Below are positions 54,550 through 63,283 of a stretch of 64,000 nucleotides of DNA, piece after piece (the stretch's first letter is position 1; every line of letters begins with the position of its first letter). Below the pieces are notes generated by a model, which saw only the letters and a program-made list of their open reading frames with translations, was not told the DNA's origin and did no database searches. The stretch is taken from the IMG/VR virus record IMGVR_UViG_2721755344_000002, positions 50,308-114,307 of that record; one strand, given 5' to 3'. The DNA comes from a virus (Duplodnaviria; Caudoviricetes). The position numbers and the translations under genes were made by a program.

Positions 54550-55651
54550 TCCTAATAGTTGCTAAATGATTTGCAATTCTTTCTATTATTTCAGCGCCAT
54601 CTTCCACAGCAAGAGGCTTCAAAATACTTTCTAAACCGGTATTGTTGCTGAAATAAACAAAGTCGCTAGTATTGCTAGTAAAAAAGAAATCGCTTGCCCG
54701 CTCTACTTCCTCTTTAAAGAAATTAAGATCAACAGACACAAATCCTGCTTGGTCTCCAGGTGTAATATTAGAAGTAGCTTTTAATACCTCAATAGCTTCC
54801 ACACCACTTGGAGCATATGCGTAAAGAACAATTTCATCCAGAAGAGCTACAACATTCATTCTATTCATATACAACTCTGCATAAATAGCAATACGTTCCG
54901 TAGCAGCATTTAATAACTCTCGATCTACGGAAACAATAACCGACTCATCTTTCTTTGATAACTTATCATCAAAGAAATTTTTTCCCATAGGAAAAGTAAT
55001 TTTATTAGCCACTCCGAATATCACATAATTCTCAAACCAAAACCACAATTTGTTATCCGACAAATAATAAGCCAAAGGTTTATCCTCGATTAAATGTTCG
55101 AGTAATTTAGCAGGTATAAATAAATCTTTTTCTAATTTGAAATTGGGAGTAAATCGGCTTAATTTAATATTATCCGATGCATAGAATTTCTCCCCATCGT
55201 AATAAATTCCCTTCAACGATTCCTTAGCTTTGTCGTCTTTAGGCACACTAAAAAGTAGCTGATTCAAAGAATCAGAGAATCCTTCTGGAATAGGCTTTTT
55301 CATATCGTCCTCAGGCACATCAATAATAATTGTATACTCGTTAGGCGGATTAGGAAGTTTAGCTTTAAATCTTCTGGATTTAAAAAGAACTTCATCCTTC
55401 TTTTTAATTAAGTTTACCGTAGAGTCCTCAACTTTATACAACGATCTTGAAAAAGTTTCAGCCGGAAGAATAAACTCTTCTGAAATTGATATAGGGTTAC
55501 GATACTTGATTCCGATATAACCGTTAAATGCCGTAATAAAACCGTCACGAATGGCAAGATAGCCGAACTCAGGAATTATTCCGGTTGTAGATGAAAAACG
55601 TGCGCATTTGCCAATTACATCTTTCAATTCTGAAGCCTTAAACTCAATCAT
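54488..55651 (-). CDS. DNA sliding clamp (DnaN/beta-like)
   Basis: 387 aa, three-domain size, L.GIYYDG..FYASD..KLS motif of DnaN domain II, adjacent to polymerase. Confidence 0.75.
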   Translation of the reverse strand: MIEFKASELKDVIGKCARFSSTTGIIPEFGYLAIRDGFITAFNGYIGIKYRNPISISEEFILPAETFSRSLYKVEDSTVNLIKKKDEVLFKSRRFKAKLPNPPNEYTIIIDVPEDDMKKPIPEGFSDSLNQLLFSVPKDDKAKESLKGIYYDGEKFYASDNIKLSRFTPNFKLEKDLFIPAKLLEHLIEDKPLAYYLSDNKLWFWFENYVIFGVANKITFPMGKNFFDDKLSKKDESVIVSVDRELLNAATERIAIYAELYMNRMNVVALLDEIVLYAYAPSGVEAIEVLKATSNITPGDQAGFVSVDLNFFKEEVERASDFFFTSNTSDFVYFSNNTGLESILKPLAVEDGAEIIERIANHLATIRSDSDSTGVDSNSGRTESQQA

Positions 55652-55808
55652 TTTGTATCCTCCTTTTTATTTTAGTTGGTTGATCATTAGTGGGCCTTGG
55701 AAAGTCAGGTCGACTAGATTGGATTATAGGTTGGGTTATTTCAATCGCAGATAGACGCATCCTGAATAATCTCGCTCAATTAGCATTTTCATCAGGAGTC
55801 ATCTCATA

Positions 55809-56168
55809 TCATAAAGAATCGTAAGCTTGTTGGAACTTATTATAAAAATCAAACATCTTCTCGGTTTCTGGCGCTCTTAATGTGCGACAAGAAAAAAAGA
55901 TAGGTTTTCCGTTCACGGCCATCGGTCCTGCTTTATCATAATATTCATATATAAAATTGATTTCTTTTTCCATTTTCGCAAGGTCTTTTTTTTCCATTAA
56001 TAAAAGAACTGGAAAAGATAAAGTAATATCTTTGGGATTAGACAAGTGCCTATCACAAAAGATTTTATTACAAAACAAATCTTTCGCAATTTGTTTTAAA
56101 TCACTATCCGACATCATTTTACGCTTTGCCCTCTTCTTCTCACCTTTCATCTCACACCTCCGGCCCAC
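55809..56168 (-). CDS. conserved hypothetical phage protein
   Basis: IYEYYDKAGP.AVNG.P.FFSC. Confidence 0.7.
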   Translation of the reverse strand: MGRRCEMKGEKKRAKRKMMSDSDLKQIAKDLFCNKIFCDRHLSNPKDITLSFPVLLLMEKKDLAKMEKEINFIYEYYDKAGPMAVNGKPIFFSCRTLRAPETEKMFDFYNKFQQAYDSL

Positions 56169-56373
56169 AATAACATTAAAAATCCTGCTAGAGCAATAAG
56201 TATGGTTACAATTAAATTATTTAAGGGTGTATCTTTCATCACGTCCTCCTATCCCTAACATACTCCTAGCCCGTTCCTCCTTACTAAGTTTCATCCAGTC
56301 GAAGTAGTCCAGATTGCACCCCATAGAACAAAACTTCTTGGCTCCCTCTTTGTAGTTGGCGCAAAGAGGATAC

Positions 56374-56736
56374 TTACATGGAATTTTCAATCCTAATTAG
56401 CCTCCTATGATGAAAATATTTACCTTCATAAAGCAACGGTTTATCTCGCTTCAATATTCTGTATTCTCTAACTCTAAAATCGGCCTTTTTCCAATTATAT
56501 AACCCATTTGAATTTTGGGGATTTAAATAAGTGGCTATTTTTCTCTTCAAGAGATGAGCTTTAAAATAATTTGTATCGACATAAGAATATCCGTGAAGAA
56601 AATCACATACATCCCAAGTTCCGTCGTGAAATCTGGCTTCCACTACCCACAATCTTTTTCTATTTCTATCTTTTAAACGGTTTATTCTGAGCATGATAAT
56701 ATTTATACCGGGGTGCGGTATTATTGCACGGATCAT
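56374..56736 (-). CDS. hypothetical protein with RRLIRI tail
   Basis: ends HHRRLIRIENSM. Confidence 0.65.
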   Translation of the reverse strand: MIRAIIPHPGINIIMLRINRLKDRNRKRLWVVEARFHDGTWDVCDFLHGYSYVDTNYFKAHLLKRKIATYLNPQNSNGLYNWKKADFRVREYRILKRDKPLLYEGKYFHHRRLIRIENSM

Positions 56737-56745
56737 CCAATAAGT

Positions 56746-57075
56746 TTAAGCCTCATAATTCCCGTTTACTACTTCGTAAGTAGCCCAGCTTCTTGCAATA
56801 TACAAGCTATCCACCTTATTCAGTTTCCCTAGCTCATTCTTGAAATTTCCATAGTCAATATCCAAAACCATTTGGGCTATAACTTCTGCCACTTTAGCTT
56901 TCCGAATCTCAGCCCTATATTCGTAATCCGTTCCAGCATCCTTCTCTACTTTCCCAGCTAAGTCCCCGAAAATCCTTTCAATATGCCCATTAAACCTGCT
57001 CCTGACAATAAGCATATCAGGCTTATCATTGTGCTCCACTATGCTCAAAAATCCATCCCTCGTAAATAGCCACAT
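56746..57075 (-). CDS. conserved hypothetical phage protein
   Basis: MWLFTRDGFLSIV, DYEYRA, IDYGNFK. Confidence 0.8.
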   Translation of the reverse strand: MWLFTRDGFLSIVEHNDKPDMLIVRSRFNGHIERIFGDLAGKVEKDAGTDYEYRAEIRKAKVAEVIAQMVLDIDYGNFKNELGKLNKVDSLYIARSWATYEVVNGNYEA

Positions 57076-57202
57076 AATCTACTCTCCTTTTACAATATCC
57101 AGGACAAAACAATTAGGATAAAAGCAGTTGGCAAAACAGCTATGATTATCCCCCAAACTACATCACTGACAGTATCCCTGATATTTCTCATTTTGTAAAT
57201 AC

Positions 57203-57231
57203 ATTATATCACAAATTAAAGAGTTTGTCAA
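57203..57231 (-). promoter_or_regulatory. sigma70-type promoter
   Basis: TTGACA-17-(TGA)TATAAT. Confidence 0.8.
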
Positions 57232-57393
57232 GAAGAAATTTCAAACTCTTCTCTGTATCCGCAATTCATACAAATCCATGCTATAGGAGGACCTGTATGA
57301 CCAAATCCATCGTGTTCAATCCACCCAAAAAGATACTGCATCCCGCCTTCGCACTTAGAACAAGGTTTTCTTGCATTTAAAGGACTTTCTATA

Positions 57394-57684
57394 TCAGACT
57401 TCATGTTCCAAATCCTCCTTGTAGCAACTTATCCTGCGTTTATATTCTTTATTAACATATTCTACAGGCTTGGTTTCTACAGGCTTGGTTTCTACAGGCT
57501 TGGTTTCTACAGGCTTGGTTTCTTCCACGCTTCTTCTTTCATCAGACAATTCAAATGTTAAATTCACTGGAGGATTGCCACTAATACGTTCATATCTATT
57601 ACATAATTCTGGCCTAGTCCGCTGTAACCATAAAGAAACAGCGTGCAATAGTTCGCTAGCACTTAATTGTATTATCTCTTTCAT
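57394..57684 (-). CDS. hypothetical protein with ETKPV repeats
   Basis: 4x 15-bp coding repeat. Confidence 0.6.
   Translation of the reverse strand: MKEIIQLSASELLHAVSLWLQRTRPELCNRYERISGNPPVNLTFELSDERRSVEETKPVETKPVETKPVETKPVEYVNKEYKRRISCYKEDLEHEV
57461..57520. repeat. 15-bp tandem repeat x4
   Basis: tctacaggcttggtt repeated four times. Confidence 0.9.
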
Positions 57685-57727
57685 ATTGGATAAACCGCCT
57701 TACTCCACCATTCAGTTACACAATAGC

Positions 57728-58717
57728 TCATATTATTTTACTACGCTGATAGGCCATCAACGCAAATGGAGTAATCCAACCGGATAATCTGGCTAAAAAA
57801 GAATTAAACTGCCTCTTGTTAAAGTATTTCTCAATTTCATCCTGATCAAATGTTACATTTTGTTCTGTAAATTCTCTCAAAATTTCATCCTTCAAATCTT
57901 GAACAAAATATCCTGCTTTCATCAAGGCGTAATTACGAGTAAGAATACCCCAGGTTTCTCTTTTGGAAATTTCTTCCCTTTGGGATTTATTTAAATCTTC
58001 TAAAATCTCTGGCATCAAATTATGTCCGTCACCGGGGGCAAACCATCTCTCAAAGTCTCCATATTTCAAAACCAACTTAGCACTCGTCTTAGGTCCAAAT
58101 CCCCGCAAACCTGGAATATTATCACTTGTATCTCCCAAAACAGACTTAAAGGAAAGAAATAAATTTGGGGGCACCCCAAATAACTCTTGAAAATTATCCT
58201 TAGTGACCAAAATATCCTTCGGCGGATAATAAACCAATGCTCCAATATCCACTAACTGTAACAAGTCCCTATCAGAGGACACTACTAACACATCTTGTAG
58301 CTCTTCGCATAACAAACCAATTATGTCATCCGCTTCCACTCCCCGCATCTTCGCTTGCTTGACACCAAAATAAGGGAGAACGTCCTGCAACTCTATTATC
58401 TGGCTACCAATATCCGCAAATAGACTCTTTTCAAGAGGGTTCTTTTTTCGAGCTATTTCTCGCAATGATTTGTATTCTGGAAAGACTGCTTCTTTTATTT
58501 TTGAGCCTTCCCAATCCCAACACACACAAATGTCCGACGGCTTATGCTTATCTAACTGGTGTCGTATCATATTCAGCATAGCAAACAAAACGGTGGTATC
58601 ATTCCCCTCGATGGAGGACAACGAAAACCCGCTTACTAGCCCAGCACGATAAGCAAAATTCGTCCCGTCAATAATCATAATTTTTATATCATTTTTAAAA
58701 AGATTTTCTTGAATCAT
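57728..58717 (-). CDS. 5'-3' exonuclease/flap endonuclease (Pol I N-terminal/T4 RNase H family)
   Basis: IIDG.N..YR, WD, YKS.R, EADDIIG, SSDRDLLQL, GDTSDNIPG..GFGPKT. Confidence 0.93.
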   Translation of the reverse strand: MIQENLFKNDIKIMIIDGTNFAYRAGLVSGFSLSSIEGNDTTVLFAMLNMIRHQLDKHKPSDICVCWDWEGSKIKEAVFPEYKSLREIARKKNPLEKSLFADIGSQIIELQDVLPYFGVKQAKMRGVEADDIIGLLCEELQDVLVVSSDRDLLQLVDIGALVYYPPKDILVTKDNFQELFGVPPNLFLSFKSVLGDTSDNIPGLRGFGPKTSAKLVLKYGDFERWFAPGDGHNLMPEILEDLNKSQREEISKRETWGILTRNYALMKAGYFVQDLKDEILREFTEQNVTFDQDEIEKYFNKRQFNSFLARLSGWITPFALMAYQRSKII

Positions 58718-58806
58718 TTAATCCAACTGTCGCCTCATTTCCAGCAGTATGTTCGCTACCAAAACTAAAACTACGATTAGAATTACTATGATTACTGTTG
58801 TCATAG

Positions 58807-59439
58807 TTAGTCTATTTGCTTAGCTACACCACTCGCTTCTTTTCTACACTTTCTGCAAAGATATCTCTTATTCAATTCTTCCAAACTTCCATAATATCTC
58901 AGACGATTATTAAAGGTTGACTCATAAGCGCTCACCTTTCTCCCGCATTTGCTACAGGAGCAATATAGTGTCTTACTATGCCCTTCGATAACCGACTTTC
59001 TCCGAGGTCTTTTCTCCTGAACTTCTGGTTTTGTTTCTACAACAGTCTCTTTTGGTTCTGTAGCAGTCTCTAAAGAAGTCTCTTTTGTTTCTGTTTCTGT
59101 TTCTGTGGCAATTTGTTCTGTAATTTCTTGCATCTCTTCTGTCACCTCCTCGTGAACTTCAATTTTTTCATTACTTTTTACCCCAGCAGTAGCATCCGAC
59201 AAAAAGCGGCATGCTTCACTACAAACTACCCATAAAGGTTCTCGCCTAAACTCACCTGTATCAAAATCTTTAAACTCCGCAATAACCACACATTGACGGC
59301 ACTCTGGATGCCCTTCAAGATATGCTCGAGCAAAACAATCATGCTTTTGATTTATCTGTTCCGTAAGCATGTCGTTTACTTCCTTATCTGCACTAACTAG
59401 CATAATAGATTCTTTAACTGCGATTAAATCCTTTTCCAT
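58807..59439 (-). CDS. hypothetical protein with two Cys clusters and acidic linker
   Basis: CF...ECRQC; CSKC...CRKC. Confidence 0.7.
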   Translation of the reverse strand: MEKDLIAVKESIMLVSADKEVNDMLTEQINQKHDCFARAYLEGHPECRQCVVIAEFKDFDTGEFRREPLWVVCSEACRFLSDATAGVKSNEKIEVHEEVTEEMQEITEQIATETETETKETSLETATEPKETVVETKPEVQEKRPRRKSVIEGHSKTLYCSCSKCGRKVSAYESTFNNRLRYYGSLEELNKRYLCRKCRKEASGVAKQID

Positions 59440-59602
59440 GCTTCTTTCCTCCAGCTAACTTCATAAATGCCAAAAGCTTTTCGTTTTTGGCTATGCGAGT
59501 CTCTCCAAGAGTTTCCTTCTCTTCACATTTCTCGTAACAAACCATACATATCCTCTGGTCCACTTTACGTTCCTGCCTTTTCTTGCATCTTGCAAATCCC
59601 AT
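59414..59602 (-). CDS. Cys-containing hypothetical protein
   Basis: C...C..C...C. Confidence 0.5.
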   Translation of the reverse strand: MGFARCKKRQERKVDQRICMVCYEKCEEKETLGETRIAKNEKLLAFMKLAGGKKHGKGFNRS

Positions 59603-59822
59603 TACCGCTACCCTTTTGGATTTCCCGCATAACAGGGGAACCCTTTATAAAGTTAATGTTTACTTCCCATCCTTTTCCGCTGATAAATCTCAGAGCATCA
59701 GCTAAACTCTCAAACTCCTGCTTGAACCCTGGCTTTACGACTACACTTTCTCCAGTCATTGTTTCTATCAAAGTGCATTTTTCTTTTCCTGATAGATCGA
59801 TCATCATAACATACCTCCTCAT
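59565..59822 (-). CDS. hypothetical protein
   Basis: downstream of promoter. Confidence 0.6.
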   Translation of the reverse strand: MRRYVMMIDLSGKEKCTLIETMTGESVVVKPGFKQEFESLADALRFISGKGWEVNINFIKGSPVMREIQKGSGNGICKMQEKAGT

Positions 59823-59837
59823 TCATTTAATACATCT

Positions 59838-59866
59838 ATTATAACATACCAAAAACTATTTGTCAA
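59838..59866 (-). promoter_or_regulatory. sigma70-type promoter
   Basis: TTGACA-17-(TGT)TATAAT. Confidence 0.8.
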
Positions 59867-60089
59867 CCCCGTATTTTAGACGTTTCTTAATAATATCAAC
59901 AAACGCCCACTCTATCAGGTAATCCTCCTTAGCCTTTTTATCCATATTATCATTAGCATACTTGATCAATAAATCAGCTGTTTTCCTGTCCATATCTATG
60001 TCCATCTTAGCATATTCCAATTTAGTTATAAGCTCTAGCAACCGTATAGTATTTGCTTTCATACATTTAGTAGTTTTCAAAATTTTCAT
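59856..60089 (-). CDS. hypothetical protein
   Basis: AGGAGGAG RBS. Confidence 0.6.
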   Translation of the reverse strand: MKILKTTKCMKANTIRLLELITKLEYAKMDIDMDRKTADLLIKYANDNMDKKAKEDYLIEWAFVDIIKKRLKYGVDK

Positions 60090-60098
60090 TTTCTCCTC

Positions 60099-60818
60099 CT
60101 AAGGAAATGGAACTACAACGGAACCAAGAGTATGTCCCGAACCTATTTCTGGATGGTTGGTTAATTGAAAGACACTCACACCAATTTTAGTTTGATTGGG
60201 AGGATACCATTCTACTAGCACTTTGACATTCCCATCTTTATCAATCTCTCCACCTTCATAATAACAATATCCGATAAATACTCTAACTCTCGTATTTTTA
60301 TCCTTCATCGCACTTTTATTAACTTTCACAACAAAAGTATTTCCCTGCTTCTTAACACCATAAATAACAGCTTTAGCTTTCGCTTTTGCTTTTACTGGTT
60401 TGATAAGTTGCTTAGGCTCTTCGAGCTTAGGCTTTACATCCGTCATTTTAGGTTCTTCAGGTTTATCTGGAACACAACCAAATTTAGCAAAAATTATTTC
60501 ACGAGCTGATGGGTTATTGGAGGGTTTAGTTGGCAAGTTCCAAGGTTTTAGAACCTCCGCCGATTGCACTACTTTAGACGTAGTTTTGGTAGTCAATGTA
60601 GCAATATCTATAATTTGTTCTTGTATTACCGATTCCACTTTCTTTATAGGATAAATATTAATACCCGCATCTATTGGAAAAACAGAAGCACAACCTATTA
60701 GCAAACAACCGGCAAACCAAACTCCTATCCATTTATTCAACTTTTTGGGCTTCAATTCTCTTAGCCTGCGTTTAATATACCTTTTTTGTTCTTTTGTAAA
60801 GTTCATTTCATCCTCCAA
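60099..60818 (-). CDS. membrane-anchored/lipoprotein-like hypothetical protein
   Basis: basic N-terminus, hydrophobic stretch ending LLIG-C. Confidence 0.65.
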   Translation of the reverse strand: MEDEMNFTKEQKRYIKRRLRELKPKKLNKWIGVWFAGCLLIGCASVFPIDAGINIYPIKKVESVIQEQIIDIATLTTKTTSKVVQSAEVLKPWNLPTKPSNNPSAREIIFAKFGCVPDKPEEPKMTDVKPKLEEPKQLIKPVKAKAKAKAVIYGVKKQGNTFVVKVNKSAMKDKNTRVRVFIGYCYYEGGEIDKDGNVKVLVEWYPPNQTKIGVSVFQLTNHPEIGSGHTLGSVVVPFP

Positions 60819-60882
60819 ATTTAATAGGCGGGTGAATTGGATTCAAGACTTTTAAAAGCCTCTATCCTCATTTCTTTTTCCC

Positions 60883-61674
60883 CTATATTTCACCCGCCTT
60901 ATTCTGTAAAAGTTCGACAACTCTCTTTTTTACATTATTAAGCTTTTGATCATAAGCATCTCTCGAAATATTAACTCCCTGCATCCCCATAAAATCTATC
61001 ATATTTCTTTCGCTTATACGAACCTTATCCCGTCCCCATTTACTACCTGAAGAACTTCCATCCAACTTCCTAATCATCCCAATTTTCATCCTGCGTCTAT
61101 TGTCCAAAATAGCTAAGTCGCATAACTCCTCAGGGGGATTGACAGTTAGAATAAAAATCTGACGTTCAACCACATTCTCTATATTTTCAGCAACATACTC
61201 TATCAACTCCTGATACTCAATCTCCTTAAATCCGCCGTCTGATGGCAGAAATTCATTTTCTATTCTACTAACCCACCATCTACGACGTTTAGCTGAATTT
61301 GCCATTCTGATTATGTTGTTAAATTGTCTGAAAAGGGATGTCCTAAAATATTTAGAAAAAGCAATAGAACGTAGCAGGGGATGAGTGCTCATCATCTTAC
61401 ATCTTTTTGATGTGTCCAAATTTTTAGCCATCCTTATTTCTATTTTCTTAGCTCTACGATAAGCGAAATAACAATTTGGATCATCGTCAGCTTTTTCAAA
61501 AAACTTTTTCAAACAAATTGCTAGACATTTAAAACCCTCTCCCACAAAATAATTATAATCAAAATCACTATTTTGCAACTTCCACGAATAGTTACCCGCC
61601 TTCTTCTTTATAAAACTTACGAAATTCTGAATATCTTTCTCCCCTAATTTTGACAGTTCTATTTCTCTTTCCAT
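60883..61674 (-). CDS. divergent sigma-like/HTH transcription factor
   Basis: Region 2-like YFVGEGFKCLAICLKKF and FSKYFRTSL; C-terminal helix pair. Confidence 0.45.
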   Translation of the reverse strand: MEREIELSKLGEKDIQNFVSFIKKKAGNYSWKLQNSDFDYNYFVGEGFKCLAICLKKFFEKADDDPNCYFAYRRAKKIEIRMAKNLDTSKRCKMMSTHPLLRSIAFSKYFRTSLFRQFNNIIRMANSAKRRRWWVSRIENEFLPSDGGFKEIEYQELIEYVAENIENVVERQIFILTVNPPEELCDLAILDNRRRMKIGMIRKLDGSSSGSKWGRDKVRISERNMIDFMGMQGVNISRDAYDQKLNNVKKRVVELLQNKAGEI

Positions 61675-61677
61675 AAT

Positions 61678-61700
61678 TTAATTAACACCCTCGCAAAATA
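61678..61700 (-). promoter_or_regulatory. class II promoter-like motif
   Basis: ATATTTTGCGAGGGTGTTAATT, ATG 8 nt after GTGTTA. Confidence 0.5.
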
Positions 61701-61717
61701 TCTTCGCAAATTATCCG

Positions 61718-62902
61718 TTAAAATAGGCAGTCGTTAAGAAGATTGAAAACCTTCCTCATATCCTTCCTATCAAAATACGAAGACAAAGCTCTCATTGTTC
61801 CAGCTTTATCTCCCTGTAAATCAAGCTTTAACTCCCCATATAATTGAAAAACTCTCTCCCTAAATTCTATCCTATTCTTAACTTCACCCATCACCTTTAG
61901 TATGAGATCCTTCCTAATTTCAATATTCCTCTCATCAAATTCTTCCAGTAAAAGTTCTTTCACTTTCTCGTAAGTAACTTCATCAGACATTTCGTAAGCA
62001 TTAATAACCGTAGTAGTAATTGCATTTTTCGCCATACCTGAGTTTGCCCAATGAATTGCTTCTATAGACTCAGGTTTCATCTTGTATTGGTGTAGCCTAT
62101 CATTTATGTCGGTCAAATACCAAACAGCTCCTTCCTCCCCTATTATAAATCCATCTTCTGTAAATCTGTTGAGAGCCTCTCTTTCTTTTCGCAATTTCTG
62201 ATACCAAGAGTATAAATCTTCCCCAGACCTAATAGATACGTGAAGTTTTGCCACTGGAATTGCTATTGGAACTCTCAACTTTTCAGGATCAATAATCTTC
62301 GGATTTGCTATATCATTTCTTATCCCAAAAAGAAGTGCTGTATCAAGAGGAACAGTATATTCTATTAAATGTTTATTTCGACTTCCGAAGAGCTCGAATG
62401 AAAGATTTATTCCGCATTCTGCCCACTTCTCTATTTCGTAATAAAGCATCCCATACCTATCAAGCATCTCCCGCCACATTTTTTCCCAATCCCCCCACCT
62501 GCTCTTATTCAAAACTGGAGTAAGACGAGTCTTGTAAGTTATCCACCGCTTTTTCTTTATTGTATATGAATATGCCAAAATATTTGTACCATCTAATTTC
62601 TCGTATACATTGATATGTTTAGTAGATGGAAACTTGAACCTTCCTAACTTATCAAAAGGATACTTCTGTTTAGGAGTACTAATAATTACTTGCTCTGTTA
62701 AGAAATCGTTTATACGGAGTAAAAGCATAGAACCATACAATCTTTCGCTATTGGATATATAACCTTCCAAAGTCCATTCGGGATTAAAGGGGTCCTGTTC
62801 CTTGAAATGAGAAAGACGACTCTCTTCTATCCCCAATATTTGAGATGCTTTATACTTTTGCCCTAAAGAATCAACCATAGTTGGCCTCTTAGTATTTTCC
62901 AA
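61718..62902 (-). CDS. ATP-dependent RNA ligase-like nucleotidyltransferase
   Basis: YEKLDGTN (motif I), FELFG (III), EEGAVW (IV), YKMK (V). Confidence 0.8.
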   Translation of the reverse strand: MENTKRPTMVDSLGQKYKASQILGIEESRLSHFKEQDPFNPEWTLEGYISNSERLYGSMLLLRINDFLTEQVIISTPKQKYPFDKLGRFKFPSTKHINVYEKLDGTNILAYSYTIKKKRWITYKTRLTPVLNKSRWGDWEKMWREMLDRYGMLYYEIEKWAECGINLSFELFGSRNKHLIEYTVPLDTALLFGIRNDIANPKIIDPEKLRVPIAIPVAKLHVSIRSGEDLYSWYQKLRKEREALNRFTEDGFIIGEEGAVWYLTDINDRLHQYKMKPESIEAIHWANSGMAKNAITTTVINAYEMSDEVTYEKVKELLLEEFDERNIEIRKDLILKVMGEVKNRIEFRERVFQLYGELKLDLQGDKAGTMRALSSYFDRKDMRKVFNLLNDCLF

Positions 62903-63194
62903 AAAATTCAGAATTAAAAAGCTCTTCTGCTTTAGGGTCCATCCAATCTTGCAGAGATACGATCAAATCACTCAAAAAAGGTTGGGGCCACCGATGATTC
63001 TTTTCAACCTCTCCAAGGGTCGAAAGAATTTCTTCAGCGCTCATATCCTTTAATCTCTCAGCAATCTTTTCAACATCCATCACTTCCCAAGCCCCTTTAT
63101 CACCATAAGTATATTCTCCAAACTGCTTCAATGCTTGGTCAATCTCTTCCATTATTTCCTTAGAAGTTATCATATATCCTCCTTTTCCTAACAT
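62889..63194 (-). CDS. hypothetical protein
   Basis: AGGAGG RBS before MITSK. Confidence 0.65.
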   Translation of the reverse strand: MLGKGGYMITSKEIMEEIDQALKQFGEYTYGDKGAWEVMDVEKIAERLKDMSAEEILSTLGEVEKNHRWPQPFLSDLIVSLQDWMDPKAEELFNSEFFGKY

Positions 63195-63206
63195 AATTTA
63201 CTCATT

Positions 63207-63281
63207 TGGTCGGGGCGGAGGGATTTGAACCCACGTCGTCACGGTCCCAAGCCGTGAAGTCTACCACTGGCTTACACCCCG
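63207..63281 (-). tRNA. tRNA-Pro(TGG) with encoded CCA
   Basis: CGGGGTG acceptor, CACGG-CTTGGGA-CCGTG anticodon arm, GGTTCAAATCC T-arm, ACCA end. Confidence 0.95.
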
Positions 63282-63283
63282 TA

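Noticed and set aside
57461-57520. 15-bp x4 repeat as replication iterons
   Set aside because: In-frame coding repeat (ETKPV) within an ORF; the same applies to the KPEP repeats at ~50684-50725.
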